Assembly: GCA_964472675.1 (NCBI GenBank)
Contig: CAYYLO010000005.1
Span: 1 to 61,821 of the forward strand
Reading direction: 5' to 3'
Source of the DNA: an uncultured Gammaproteobacteria bacterium
GTDB taxonomy: Bacteria; Patescibacteriota; Microgenomatia; UBA8517; UBA10165
Length of the DNA: 61,821 nucleotides
Both the position numbers and the translations under genes were made by a program. The notes beneath the pieces were generated by a model. The model ran no database searches, was not told the DNA's origin, and saw only the letters and a program-made list of their open reading frames with translations. The first letter of the stretch is position 1. Every line of letters begins with the position of its first letter. Of this stretch, positions 33,736-43,374 are shown in pieces.

Positions 33736-36570
33736 ATGTACCCACTGCCGGAATTTTTTTTTGATGGCAACTCTCCCATATCCTTAGTTTTTGGTGGAGC
33801 AAGTTTTATTGGTAGTCATCTATGTGAAGAACTTTTAAAAAAAAATATCCGTGTAATTTGTATTGACGACTTTGAGATTTTACCTGAAGAAAATATTTCT
33901 CATTTAAAAGGCAATTCTCAATTTGTTGCTGTTGATAGTAAAAATATTGAAAGACTTTTTGAAAGTATTGAAAGAGTTAATTATGTTGTTGATATTTATG
34001 GCGTTGATAATAAATGTACAAAATTATTAATCAAACTGGCAGACAAATTTAACTCACGTTATTTGTACGTCTCATCTTTTTTGAGTGAAGAATCAGAATT
34101 TAGTTTTGTTCATAAAAATGAACAAGAAGAAGATTTTCTAAGAAACCTAACCACTGAATATTCAAAACAAAAATTCAACTTCCGCATTGTCCGCCTGGGT
34201 GATGTCTACGGACCGCGGATGCATTTATTAGATGACAACCCCCTTTCTTTTTTGGTTGGAGAATATACCAGAGAGCGAAAGGTCAAAGTTCACGGAGATG
34301 AGTCATACGTGTACCCCTTATTTATTGATGATGCGATATGGGGGATTGTCAAAACATTATTATCACCTGGCACAAAGGGGTCGGTAATTTCTTTAACCGG
34401 AGACCGGTTAACATTTTCGGAGACTGCAGAGACTATAAAGTCTCTTAAAAGTGGTACTCCTGTTGAATATATAAGTCAGGACAAATTTCCAAACCGGCAA
34501 AAATTTTTGGGTGAGGGGTTTTTGCGAAAAGGAAGAGAACTTATCAACTGGGAGCCGCATACCACACCAACAGAGGGTTTGGCACATACACTCGAGTGGT
34601 TGGATAAAAATAAGAAAAAACTTAGTTTTACCAAAGTTGCACAAAAGAAGGAGAAAACAACTCTTGTTAACAAGCCAGCACCAGTCAGGAAGACTATGCC
34701 CCTAAAAGTTGTAAAGGCATATACCGGGTTTTGGCAGGACACCTTATCTAAAGAAAAAGAAGTAACTCCTCCCAAAAAGGCTATTAAAAAAAATGTTTTT
34801 ATTAAACCAATCCTTGCTGGAATTTTTTCGCTTACTATTTTTATATTGTGGTTTTTGGCTTTTCCGTTTGTTGAATTGTTTTTGGGACTGGCTAATTTGC
34901 AAATAGCCCAAAGCAAAATGGGCCAAAAAGATTTTCGTGATGTTGAAACTTGGGCAAGTATCTCAAGCTTTTGGTTTAAAAACTCTCAGGAAAGTTTCTT
35001 AAGATGGTCATCGCTGCCTCTTTTAAAAGCATATTCCACCAATATGGCCCAAAAGGGGAGAATAATGGATCGGGTTGTTGATATTGTCAAAAAGAAAAAA
35101 GACATAAGAGAATCTTCTGATGAGTTATTTGAAAAAGTTTTAGGTGAAGACTCTTACTCAATTGCGCCCTTTGCCAGTTCACTTTCAGTGCAAAGCTCTT
35201 CACTAGATCAAGGTTTGGCCTTTTTGGCCACAGAGATACAGGACGACAAAAACTTATTAAGTATGGTGACGAAGCGGTTGGGTGACTCAAGCGCCCAACT
35301 GTCTGATTTACGGGGACAAGCACGAATTATTTCAGGCCTGGCAGCAAATTTAGGAGATATTTTAGGATCTAAGACTAGGAAGTCTTATTTGGTACTTATT
35401 CAAGACAATACTTATGCAAGGCCAGGTGGGGGTTCTATTTTAGGATATGGAGTCCTCACTCTTGATAAAGGCAGGCTAATCTCAGGAGAATTTTTTAAAA
35501 CAGTTGTTGCAGATGGTCAGCTTAAAGGCAGAGTAGATCCGCCCCAACCGCTTGCAAAATACAAAAACCAGAATACATGGATGCTTAAGGATGTTTCTTG
35601 GGATCAGGACTTTTCAGTAGTTGCCAAAAGGGCAATTTGGTTTGCAGACAAAGAATTGGATCAAAAAATGGATGGGGTGATCTCTGTTGACCTGGATTTT
35701 TTGGCGGACGTTGTTAAAGAATCTGGTCCAATAGCAATAGAAGGGACAAAGGTTGATTCTAAAAATTTATACAAGCTGGTTTTAAGTAAAGATGGTGAGG
35801 AGAAGCAAGCGGTTGTGGTAAACATTTTTAATCAAATTTACGATAGTCTAATCAAAAACCCAGGTAAAATAGGGGATGTGTTGGGTGTAAAAAGTTTGGA
35901 AAACTTGGACCAAAAACACATCATGCTCTATGTTAACAACGCTCAAGTACAAAACATATTAGCCGAAGGTGGATGGGGGGGCTCAACTAAATATACAACC
36001 TGCACGGAGGGAGAGTCCTGTTTTGCTGATTACCTTAATTTCGCAGACGCCAACATGGGCGAGGGGAGTGTGAACTATTACCTAAAAAGATCTTTCTCTT
36101 TGGATGTTTTTATACAAAACGGGAAAGTTTTAAGAAAGCTGACAGTATTTTATAAAAGTAGCTCAAAAAACGGCTACAAGAATTATTTTAAAATTCTTAT
36201 CCCATCAGGTGCTGTAAACTCTAAAGCTTTTTTAGTAGATCAAAAGAAGGGTACACAAGAGAGCGTAAGCTTAGATATTCAAAACCAAAATAACAAAAGC
36301 TTACTCGGAGGATACATGGTTATACCAGGCGGAGAGGAACGGCAACTTATGCTTTCCTGGGAATCTGACCAAGGCGCTCTTTCTGACTATACGCTGGTGT
36401 GGCAAAAACAACCCGGCACTTCAAAAGAAGCCTTTTGGCTGACCGTAAACAACCCAAAATCAAGCTTAAAAGAGGCAAAACCGACTCCTTCATTGACAGG
36501 CTCAGGGTCAGTTGGGTACAATAGCACATTAGTAAGAGATTTCTTGCTAACAACCAAATGGCAAAAATAG
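33736..36570 (+). CDS. Degenerate NAD-dependent epimerase domain + TM + DUF4012 extracellular domain
   Basis: GGASFIGSHL, RLGDVYGP; TM near residue 360-390; YLVLIQDN..RPGGG, DGVISVD, DANMG. Confidence 0.8.
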   Translation: MYPLPEFFFDGNSPISLVFGGASFIGSHLCEELLKKNIRVICIDDFEILPEENISHLKGNSQFVAVDSKNIERLFESIERVNYVVDIYGVDNKCTKLLIKLADKFNSRYLYVSSFLSEESEFSFVHKNEQEEDFLRNLTTEYSKQKFNFRIVRLGDVYGPRMHLLDDNPLSFLVGEYTRERKVKVHGDESYVYPLFIDDAIWGIVKTLLSPGTKGSVISLTGDRLTFSETAETIKSLKSGTPVEYISQDKFPNRQKFLGEGFLRKGRELINWEPHTTPTEGLAHTLEWLDKNKKKLSFTKVAQKKEKTTLVNKPAPVRKTMPLKVVKAYTGFWQDTLSKEKEVTPPKKAIKKNVFIKPILAGIFSLTIFILWFLAFPFVELFLGLANLQIAQSKMGQKDFRDVETWASISSFWFKNSQESFLRWSSLPLLKAYSTNMAQKGRIMDRVVDIVKKKKDIRESSDELFEKVLGEDSYSIAPFASSLSVQSSSLDQGLAFLATEIQDDKNLLSMVTKRLGDSSAQLSDLRGQARIISGLAANLGDILGSKTRKSYLVLIQDNTYARPGGGSILGYGVLTLDKGRLISGEFFKTVVADGQLKGRVDPPQPLAKYKNQNTWMLKDVSWDQDFSVVAKRAIWFADKELDQKMDGVISVDLDFLADVVKESGPIAIEGTKVDSKNLYKLVLSKDGEEKQAVVVNIFNQIYDSLIKNPGKIGDVLGVKSLENLDQKHIMLYVNNAQVQNILAEGGWGGSTKYTTCTEGESCFADYLNFADANMGEGSVNYYLKRSFSLDVFIQNGKVLRKLTVFYKSSSKNGYKNYFKILIPSGAVNSKAFLVDQKKGTQESVSLDIQNQNNKSLLGGYMVIPGGEERQLMLSWESDQGALSDYTLVWQKQPGTSKEAFWLTVNNPKSSLKEAKPTPSLTGSGSVGYNSTLVRDFLLTTKWQK

Positions 36571-37298
36571 AAGACAAAAAGGCTCCGGTTTCTAAAAAGT
36601 CTCAATTTGAAAATAGTTTGCAAGCTGAAAAGCGCGAGATTTTTGGCAGAAAGATAAAAAAGCTAAGGAAAAATGGCATTATTCCTGCGAATGTTTCCGG
36701 AAAACATATAAAGTCTTTTTCTATACAGGTGAAAGCCGATGAGTTTAAAAAGGTTTTTTCCGAGGCAGGGGAAACCGGAGTTGTAGGCTTGACTGTTGAC
36801 GGAGCAGTCCATCCGGTTTTAATCCACGAAATACACAAAGATCCAGTTTACGATTCTGCTCTTCATGTTGACTTTCTAGAGGTTAACCTGTCTGAAAAGG
36901 TAACTGCTACAGTTCCGGTTGAAATTGTGGGTGAATCTCCAGCTGTAGCTTCAGAAACGGGAGTTTTGGTTACTCAAATGCATGAAGTTGAGGTTGAAGC
37001 ATTGCCGACCGATCTTCCAGACAGCATCCAGGTTGATATTTCCGGCCTTACCGCGGTTGATGATGCCATAAAAGTTTCTGACCTTAAAGTTGACCGGTCG
37101 AAGGTAGAAATTAAGGAGGAAGACCCAGAAAGAATTGTCGTTTCTATCGCTGAACCAGCCAAAGAAGAAGTTGAAGAAGTAGCTCCTAGTGCCGCCGAAG
37201 GCGAAGAAGGTGCTCCAGCGGAAGGCGAGACAGGGGAAGGGGAAACCCCAGCTGAAGGTGCAGAGGAGAAGCCTGTGGAAGAAAAAAACCAGGAATAA
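36558..37298 (+). CDS. rplY: 50S ribosomal protein L25 (Ctc form)
   Basis: IPANVSG, HVDFLEV, LPTDLPDSIQVDIS, acidic tail. Confidence 0.95.
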   Translation: MAKIEDKKAPVSKKSQFENSLQAEKREIFGRKIKKLRKNGIIPANVSGKHIKSFSIQVKADEFKKVFSEAGETGVVGLTVDGAVHPVLIHEIHKDPVYDSALHVDFLEVNLSEKVTATVPVEIVGESPAVASETGVLVTQMHEVEVEALPTDLPDSIQVDISGLTAVDDAIKVSDLKVDRSKVEIKEEDPERIVVSIAEPAKEEVEEVAPSAAEGEEGAPAEGETGEGETPAEGAEEKPVEEKNQE

Positions 37299-37303
37299 AT
37301 CTT

Positions 37304-38281
37304 CTAGATTCTTATTAATTTTTCCAGCCACGGAATATTCTCATTCTTCCTTTTCCACCATAAATTTTCCCAAATGTAATGTACCGCAAGTTGTTGGTAA
37401 GGAGCATATTTTTCAAAATGCTCGATTAGCTTTTCAACAGGAACGGGGTTTTCCGGGTCGCTGCCAAAGAAGACTTTTGAGTAGATCTTTTGCTCCCAAG
37501 GTGAGATGTGGTTGAAAAAATCAAAGTGGTGAAAAACATCAAACAGTAGGTACCAGACGGTAGCCGGGCCTACGCCGTAGATTTTCAAAAGCTCTTTCAT
37601 TTTGGCATCCCGATCTTTGTTTCTCAGCTTTGTTTCATCAATTAATCTCGCACCAAATTGTTCGTCAATGATTTTTATAGATTTAGCTCGATAGCCAAGC
37701 TTCAAATCTCTCAGTTCTTGCTCTGAAACATCTTTTAAACCTCCCGGGTTCCAAAAACAGTAAAGTTCTTTGTCGACAAACTCCAGCTTTGTTCCGTAGT
37801 TCTCAAAAAGAGTTTTAAGCATGGAGATAGATCTCTTAACTGTGGTGTTTTGCAGGATAATACCGATTATTAAGTAAGTGTACAAGTTGCCTGGATGTCC
37901 AGGCCTCATGCCGCGCCATTTTTTAATAATCGGTCCAAGAATCTTGTTGTTTTCGAACTTGCCATAAAAATCTCTTAGATCGAGGTCAAGATTGTATCTG
38001 TATTTAACTTCTTCGGTTAATTCTTTCAGCATGCTTTCTGGTAGTGGTTCTGGGGAATAAACAGACATTTCGATTTTTGGATTATTTGTGTTTCCGACTT
38101 CCTGAAACTCTAATCCCAGACATTCACCTTTAAAGTTCCATGTTTGCCACTTTTTGCCTGGTTCCCAGTAATTATCATCAGAGGGGAAATGGTCTGGTTT
38201 GTGGAAGGTTGAGTCAAAATGAAACGGGGAAGTAGGGACAATTTCTACTATCTGCCTAAACTTTAGCTTTTTACTTTTCAT
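37304..38281 (-). CDS. HhH-GPD DNA glycosylase (AlkA/Ogg-like)
   Basis: IILQNTT, LGYRAK, LLKIYGVGPAT. Confidence 0.8.
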   Translation of the reverse strand: MKSKKLKFRQIVEIVPTSPFHFDSTFHKPDHFPSDDNYWEPGKKWQTWNFKGECLGLEFQEVGNTNNPKIEMSVYSPEPLPESMLKELTEEVKYRYNLDLDLRDFYGKFENNKILGPIIKKWRGMRPGHPGNLYTYLIIGIILQNTTVKRSISMLKTLFENYGTKLEFVDKELYCFWNPGGLKDVSEQELRDLKLGYRAKSIKIIDEQFGARLIDETKLRNKDRDAKMKELLKIYGVGPATVWYLLFDVFHHFDFFNHISPWEQKIYSKVFFGSDPENPVPVEKLIEHFEKYAPYQQLAVHYIWENLWWKRKNENIPWLEKLIRI

Positions 38282-38675
38282 TATTTCCGATCAAGTGAAA
38301 CTCAAGAGGCATGCCGTCGGGATCTTGCGTAAATATCGCAGTTCCGCCGTAGCCGTCGTCTGTAACACCACCGTCTTCCATCTCAATACCCCCATGCTTT
38401 AAGTGTTGTTCAATCTCTTTTAGGTCTTCCATTGAAGCAACACTGAAAGCCCAATGGTCGAGGCCGACATTGCCTCTGCGATTAAAAGGAACAGCTCCCT
38501 CACTGTTGTTCGGTGGAGACAACCACAAGGAATCAAGCCCTGCACCACTTAGCCCGTATGCGCCACCTTCTTCGGAAAAGATCTTCATACCACATGCTTT
38601 AACATAGAAGTCAGCAGATTTTTTCGGATCTTTAACTTTAAGAACTATATGGTGGACGCCAGTTACTTTAACCAC
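38271..38675 (-). CDS. VOC/glyoxalase family protein
   Basis: VHHIVLKV, GLDHWAFSV, DPDGMPLE. Confidence 0.9.
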   Translation of the reverse strand: MVKVTGVHHIVLKVKDPKKSADFYVKACGMKIFSEEGGAYGLSGAGLDSLWLSPPNNSEGAVPFNRRGNVGLDHWAFSVASMEDLKEIEQHLKHGGIEMEDGGVTDDGYGGTAIFTQDPDGMPLEFHLIGNNEK

Positions 38676-38722
38676 GCCTTAATTATATCGCAGATTGAAG
38701 CGAAATTATGATTTCAATTATA

Positions 38723-41017
38723 CTACTCTTGTGGAGTTGGCCAGGGGGCCAGCATGATGGACTCACTCTTTTCCAGTTTCTCCAACCACAACTCTTCAGT
38801 TAAGAAGGGTATAAAGGGATGGAGCAGTCTAAGTATAGAGTCTAGTACATACTCTAAAGTAGGCTGAGCGCCCTCGCGGCGGGATTTGGAATTTTCAATA
38901 TAGACATCGGCAAATTTATGCCATATAAAGTCATAGAGCTCCTCTGTCGCTAAATGCAGCTGAAAACCTTCGATATTTTTAGTTACTTCTTGGGTGGTTT
39001 TCTCCAATTCTTCCAGAATCCACATATCATCTTGGTGTAAGTTGTCATTCTGAGCCAGGTTACCGGACGGTACCTGGCTCAGAATCTCTGCTGTCGGAGC
39101 GTGTACACTTGTCCCAGGTTCCCCAGGACTCGCATGCGCGAGAGACCTTTCGGCCGATTGCCTCAGGGTGACACCATTTGGTCTTAAGTCAACAATAAAA
39201 CGGGCGATGTTCCGGAGCTTATTGCCGAAATTGCGAAAGTTTTTGGCACGCTCATCCATTAACTGCTTTGAAGTGCGGGAGTCGCGGCCAGGGGCGGCAT
39301 AGGTGTAAAGAGTCATTCTCACACTGTCAGTTCCCCAAGCATCGCGCAGCTCGTTAGGGTAAACTGCGTTCCCCAAAGATTTGGAAAACTTAGCGCCAGT
39401 TAGAGGGCGCAACATTCCATGGAAAAACATATGTTTGAATGGAATTTCGTCTTTAAACCACAACGAAAGCATAATCATGCGAGCAATCCATAAATATTTA
39501 ATTTCGGGAGCAGTGATCTCAAAATCCCAAGGGAAGTAGGCTTTAAAATCTTTAGATTTTTCAGGGCCGCCTTCGCCTTCAGTTTCGTCGAGCCAAGGCC
39601 AGCCGAGGGTAGTGATTGGCCACATGCCGGATGAAAACCATGTATCAAAAACCTGCTCGTCCTGTGCCCAGTGCTTTTTACCGCAAGAGGTACACTCCCG
39701 GGTTGGCTCTTCGAAAGAAACCATTATTTCTTTGTCCTTACCCACAAGCTTTCCGTGGTTACATTTTATACAGTACCAAACAGGAATTCTGTGCCCCCAC
39801 CAAAGCGAGCGGGAAATGCACCAGTCATGAATATTTTCCAGCCAGTCGGTGAGAATTTTTTGATAATTTTCAGGATAGAAGTTAATTTCTCCAATGTGCT
39901 CTAAAGCCTTTTTGGCCAAAGGCTCCATTTTGATAAACCATTCTTCAGAGATCAAAGGCTCAACTGTTGTTTTGCAGCGCTCGCAAATCGGGACAGAATG
40001 GGTATAATTTTCAACTTTCTCCAAAGCATCCAGACTTTCTAATTTTTGGGCTGCTTTTTCTCTTGCTTCTTCAATTTTTAAGCCGGACAAATCTTGTGCC
40101 AGTTCTGTTGTGCGGCCTGTTTTGTCAATAGCGTGTAGAATCGGAAGATTGTGGTCTTTGCCAATCTGGTAATCCAAAGGATCGTGGCCTGGTGTGATTT
40201 TTAATGCTCCTGTTCCAAACTCCGGATCAACCCTTTCATCTTCAAAAATGGGGACATACTCTCCGGTCAAGGGGTTTTTGGCTTTTTTGCCAATAAATTG
40301 GGCGTACTTAGGGTGGTTGGGGTAGACTGCAATACCCGTATCGGCGTAGATTGTTTCCGGACGAGCAGTGGCAATGACAACACAATCGCCTTCGGCTTGG
40401 CTTTGTTCAATTTGATATCTCACAAAGTAGAGCTTTTCTTCCTTTTCCAGATATTCCATCTCCACATCTTCAATAGCGGTTCCGCATTTTGGACACCATT
40501 GGACGATGTAGGCGCCTTTATATAAAAGGCCCTGTTCCCAAAAAGTTTTAAACTCGGTAAAAACAGCTTTTTGGATCTTAGGCTCAAAAGTAAACACCTC
40601 TCGTAACCAGTCGGCAGAAATTCCGAGTACTGTCCAGGTGTTATGGAAGGATTTATAAACCTCGTCTTTAAACTTCCAAGCTCGTTTCAACCATTCTTCG
40701 CGGCCTAGTTTGTGTTTTGACAAACCTTCTTTTTCAAGGATTTTGTTAAACGTGCCCTCAAATTGAATTCCTGCATGGTCGACTCCGGGAAGCAGTAAAA
40801 CGTCGTAGCCTTGCATACGTTTATAGCGGGCTAAAGCATCTAAAATTGCGTGCTGCATTGCATGACCCAAATGAAGGTCACCGGTTAAGTTGGGTGGAGG
40901 CATTAATAGGGAGTAGCGGGGTTTGTCAGATTCTGGATTGGCACGAAAAAGCCTCGAGGCTTCCCAGGCCTCGTATATTTCTTTTTCTTTGTTTAGTTGT
41001 TGCTGGTTATTGTTCAC
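38723..41017 (-). CDS. valS: Valyl-tRNA synthetase, short form
   Basis: PPPNLTGDLHLGH, DWCISRSLWWGHRIP, DTWFSSG, KFSKSLGN; start set to GTG 41017 (TATAAT 7 nt upstream). Confidence 0.95.
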   Translation of the reverse strand: MNNNQQQLNKEKEIYEAWEASRLFRANPESDKPRYSLLMPPPNLTGDLHLGHAMQHAILDALARYKRMQGYDVLLLPGVDHAGIQFEGTFNKILEKEGLSKHKLGREEWLKRAWKFKDEVYKSFHNTWTVLGISADWLREVFTFEPKIQKAVFTEFKTFWEQGLLYKGAYIVQWCPKCGTAIEDVEMEYLEKEEKLYFVRYQIEQSQAEGDCVVIATARPETIYADTGIAVYPNHPKYAQFIGKKAKNPLTGEYVPIFEDERVDPEFGTGALKITPGHDPLDYQIGKDHNLPILHAIDKTGRTTELAQDLSGLKIEEAREKAAQKLESLDALEKVENYTHSVPICERCKTTVEPLISEEWFIKMEPLAKKALEHIGEINFYPENYQKILTDWLENIHDWCISRSLWWGHRIPVWYCIKCNHGKLVGKDKEIMVSFEEPTRECTSCGKKHWAQDEQVFDTWFSSGMWPITTLGWPWLDETEGEGGPEKSKDFKAYFPWDFEITAPEIKYLWIARMIMLSLWFKDEIPFKHMFFHGMLRPLTGAKFSKSLGNAVYPNELRDAWGTDSVRMTLYTYAAPGRDSRTSKQLMDERAKNFRNFGNKLRNIARFIVDLRPNGVTLRQSAERSLAHASPGEPGTSVHAPTAEILSQVPSGNLAQNDNLHQDDMWILEELEKTTQEVTKNIEGFQLHLATEELYDFIWHKFADVYIENSKSRREGAQPTLEYVLDSILRLLHPFIPFLTEELWLEKLEKSESIMLAPWPTPQE
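39043..39173. mobile_element. Palindromic MITE/REP-like element inserted in frame in valS
   Basis: TIR TGTCATTCTGAG...CTCAGGGTGACA; internal 13-bp stem TTCTGAGCCAGGT/ACCTGGCTCAGAA. Confidence 0.85.
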
Positions 41018-41040
41018 CAATTCAATTATATGACATTTGG

Positions 41041-41194
41041 AGCGCAGAATGAATTTTTGTAGTAGCGCACTTTTAAGATTGTTCAAGAAGTCCCGCTTAG
41101 CGGGATGAATTGAACAAGATCGAACTCGCCAGAGGCGAAGTCGGCGAAGCCGAAGGATACCACGGCGCCAGGAGTGGTAGTTCATGTGTGCGCT
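41041..41194. mobile_element. Palindromic MITE-like element between tsaD and valS
   Basis: Imperfect TIR AGCGCAGAATGAA / TTCATGTGTGCGCT; nested hairpin TTGTTCAA..TCCCGC-TTA-GCGGGA..TTGAACAA. Confidence 0.6.
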
Positions 41195-41197
41195 GTT

Positions 41198-42223
41198 CTA
41201 TGTGGTGGTGATGGTTAGACTTGGGTTGGTTGTAACTTCTTGCCAGGGGATAGGGTGGTAATTGAATTCTGCAGCAGCAGCAATCATAGCGGCATTGTCG
41301 GTGCACAACTTCGGAGAAGGAATATGGAGATTAATGTCCAATGATAAATGACCAATGCTAAATTCAAACTTTTCGCAGAGGCGGGAGTTCGCGGCGACCC
41401 CACCTGACACTAGAATTGTTTTAACGCCACACCTTTGTGCAGCTTTTAAAGTTTTGGCTACCAACACATCAGTGATAGCTTCCTGTACCTCGTAAGCAAT
41501 CTGATTTATTGCTTGATTGCTTAACTGGTTTGCTTCTTTAAGTTGATTTACTTCTCGGAGTACTGCTGTCTTTAAACCACTGAAAGAAAAGTCAAAATTA
41601 TTTTGATCCAACAAAGGCCTCGGAAGTTTAATTGGAAATTGAAAATTGGAAATTGGAAATTTTGCTGCTGAGGCAGCAATCGCTGGTCCGCCTGGATAGC
41701 CCAACGTGAGAAGCCGTGCCGCTTTGTCAAAGGTTTCTCCGGCAGCGTCATCGCGTGTGCCGCCGATCCATTCAACTTCTCTGTGGTCTTTCAACAAAAC
41801 AATATCTGTGTGACCGCCAGAGACCACTAGCGCAATTGCTGGAAGCGTTGGGGGGTTATCTAGCCAATTGGCGTAAATATGTCCCAAAAGGTGGTTTATG
41901 GGGACAATAGGCTTATCCCAAACCCAAGAAAGAGTCCTGGCGGTTTCTACGCCAACCAACAGGGAACCGATTAAGCCCGGGCCATAAGTGACCGCTATTG
42001 CGTCCAAATTTTCAATTTTCAATTTACAATTTCCAATGGCCTCGTTGATAACAGGAATTATGGATTTGACTTGTTCGCGGGCTGCCTGTTCGGGAATAAT
42101 ACCTCCGGTTTTTGCATGCATTTCAACCGAGGAGGCAATCGCGTTGGAGAGTATTTCTTTCCCATCTTTTACAACTGCGGCTGCTGTTTCGTCGCAACTG
42201 GTTTCGATACCTAGAATAGTCAT
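41198..42223 (-). CDS. tsaD: tRNA N6-threonylcarbamoyladenosine biosynthesis protein
   Basis: LGIETSCDETA, GPGLIGSL, HLLGH, VSGGHT, DDAAGETFDK, GGVAANS, CTDNAAMI. Confidence 0.98.
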   Translation of the reverse strand: MTILGIETSCDETAAAVVKDGKEILSNAIASSVEMHAKTGGIIPEQAAREQVKSIIPVINEAIGNCKLKIENLDAIAVTYGPGLIGSLLVGVETARTLSWVWDKPIVPINHLLGHIYANWLDNPPTLPAIALVVSGGHTDIVLLKDHREVEWIGGTRDDAAGETFDKAARLLTLGYPGGPAIAASAAKFPISNFQFPIKLPRPLLDQNNFDFSFSGLKTAVLREVNQLKEANQLSNQAINQIAYEVQEAITDVLVAKTLKAAQRCGVKTILVSGGVAANSRLCEKFEFSIGHLSLDINLHIPSPKLCTDNAAMIAAAAEFNYHPIPWQEVTTNPSLTITTT

Positions 42224-43332
42224 ATTTTTTGGCTTTCGCGAATTTTTTCCATAAGTATTGAATAGAAGCGCAAATTGTGAATTGTGGCGAGTCTAAGTGC
42301 AGTTGACTCTTCAATTCTGAAAAGGTGAGCCAAATAGGCGCGGGAGTAGCGGGTACACAATAGGCAGTCGCACGCGGTTGAAACCGGTTCTGTATCGTTG
42401 TAATAGCGCTCTTTGTCGGGGACGTAGTAGCTAGAAAATTTATCTTCCTCGATGCTTATTTTGTCCATAGAAGGCGCATTGTAAACATATAGTCGCTTGT
42501 GTCTAGCATCGCGGGTAGGGAGTACGCAATCAAAAATGTCATAGCCTAATTTGCAAAGTGCTACGACCTCATGCGGCTTACCAATACCTAAGCCGTAGAG
42601 CAGGTAGTCTTTTGGAGAATTGTCGGCAATGGTTTGAGCGACTGCATAGTTGAATAATCCTTCAGAATCAATCGGCCAACCGCCGTAACCCAGACCATCA
42701 AAGCCAATTCTTGCAAGTTTTTGGGTACATTCAGCGCGAAGATCCAAATAATCTCCTCCTTGTACCACACCCAAAAGATAAGGACGAGACTTGTTTCCCA
42801 GTTTTTCCTTATCGCAAATTCTTTCAAATTCATACTTGCTTCTTGTTGCCCAGGCTAATGTCCTGGTAACGGTATCTTTTGCCTCTTCAAAGCTTGCGTT
42901 TTGGGGAGTAAAGTCATCCAAAACTACAACCATATCGGTTTTTAGAGACATTTGAAATTCTATCGATTCCTCGGGGGTAAGTGAAACCTTTTTGCCGTTT
43001 TGGGTAAAAGTTACACCCCGATCAGTGATTGCCTTTCTGCCGCTTATCTTTTTGGCAATTGACATGACTTGAAATCCTCCTGAGTCAGAAATTACTGCAC
43101 CATTCCAGGACATAAAATTCCTTACACCTTCATGGCTTTTTATTACTTTGCTACCCAGTTCGCGCATGAGGTGATAGGTGTTCACTAAGATTCCAGGAGT
43201 GTTAGTGTTTTCAATATCTTTGCTATCTATTGTTTTGACAATAGCGCGGGTGGCATCGGGGAAAAAGACTGGCAAGGGAACGCTCCGGCCATCAATCATT
43301 TTAAACTGTTTAGAATTTGTGCTTTTGGCCAT
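42220..43332 (-). CDS. tgt: tRNA-guanine transglycosylase family protein
   Basis: NTYHL, DSGGFQ, GVVQGG, FDCVLPTRDARH, CDCLLC..H zinc site. Confidence 0.9.
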   Translation of the reverse strand: MAKSTNSKQFKMIDGRSVPLPVFFPDATRAIVKTIDSKDIENTNTPGILVNTYHLMRELGSKVIKSHEGVRNFMSWNGAVISDSGGFQVMSIAKKISGRKAITDRGVTFTQNGKKVSLTPEESIEFQMSLKTDMVVVLDDFTPQNASFEEAKDTVTRTLAWATRSKYEFERICDKEKLGNKSRPYLLGVVQGGDYLDLRAECTQKLARIGFDGLGYGGWPIDSEGLFNYAVAQTIADNSPKDYLLYGLGIGKPHEVVALCKLGYDIFDCVLPTRDARHKRLYVYNAPSMDKISIEEDKFSSYYVPDKERYYNDTEPVSTACDCLLCTRYSRAYLAHLFRIEESTALRLATIHNLRFYSILMEKIRESQKI

Positions 43333-43374
43333 TGTAATTTGTTTGGGATTTAGAAATTAGGATTTGGAATTTAC

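Noticed and set aside
41018-41197. T-box riboswitch or 56-aa N-terminal extension of ValRS
   Set aside because: No T-box consensus; the extension is read-through of a palindromic element; GTG 41017 has its own -10 box
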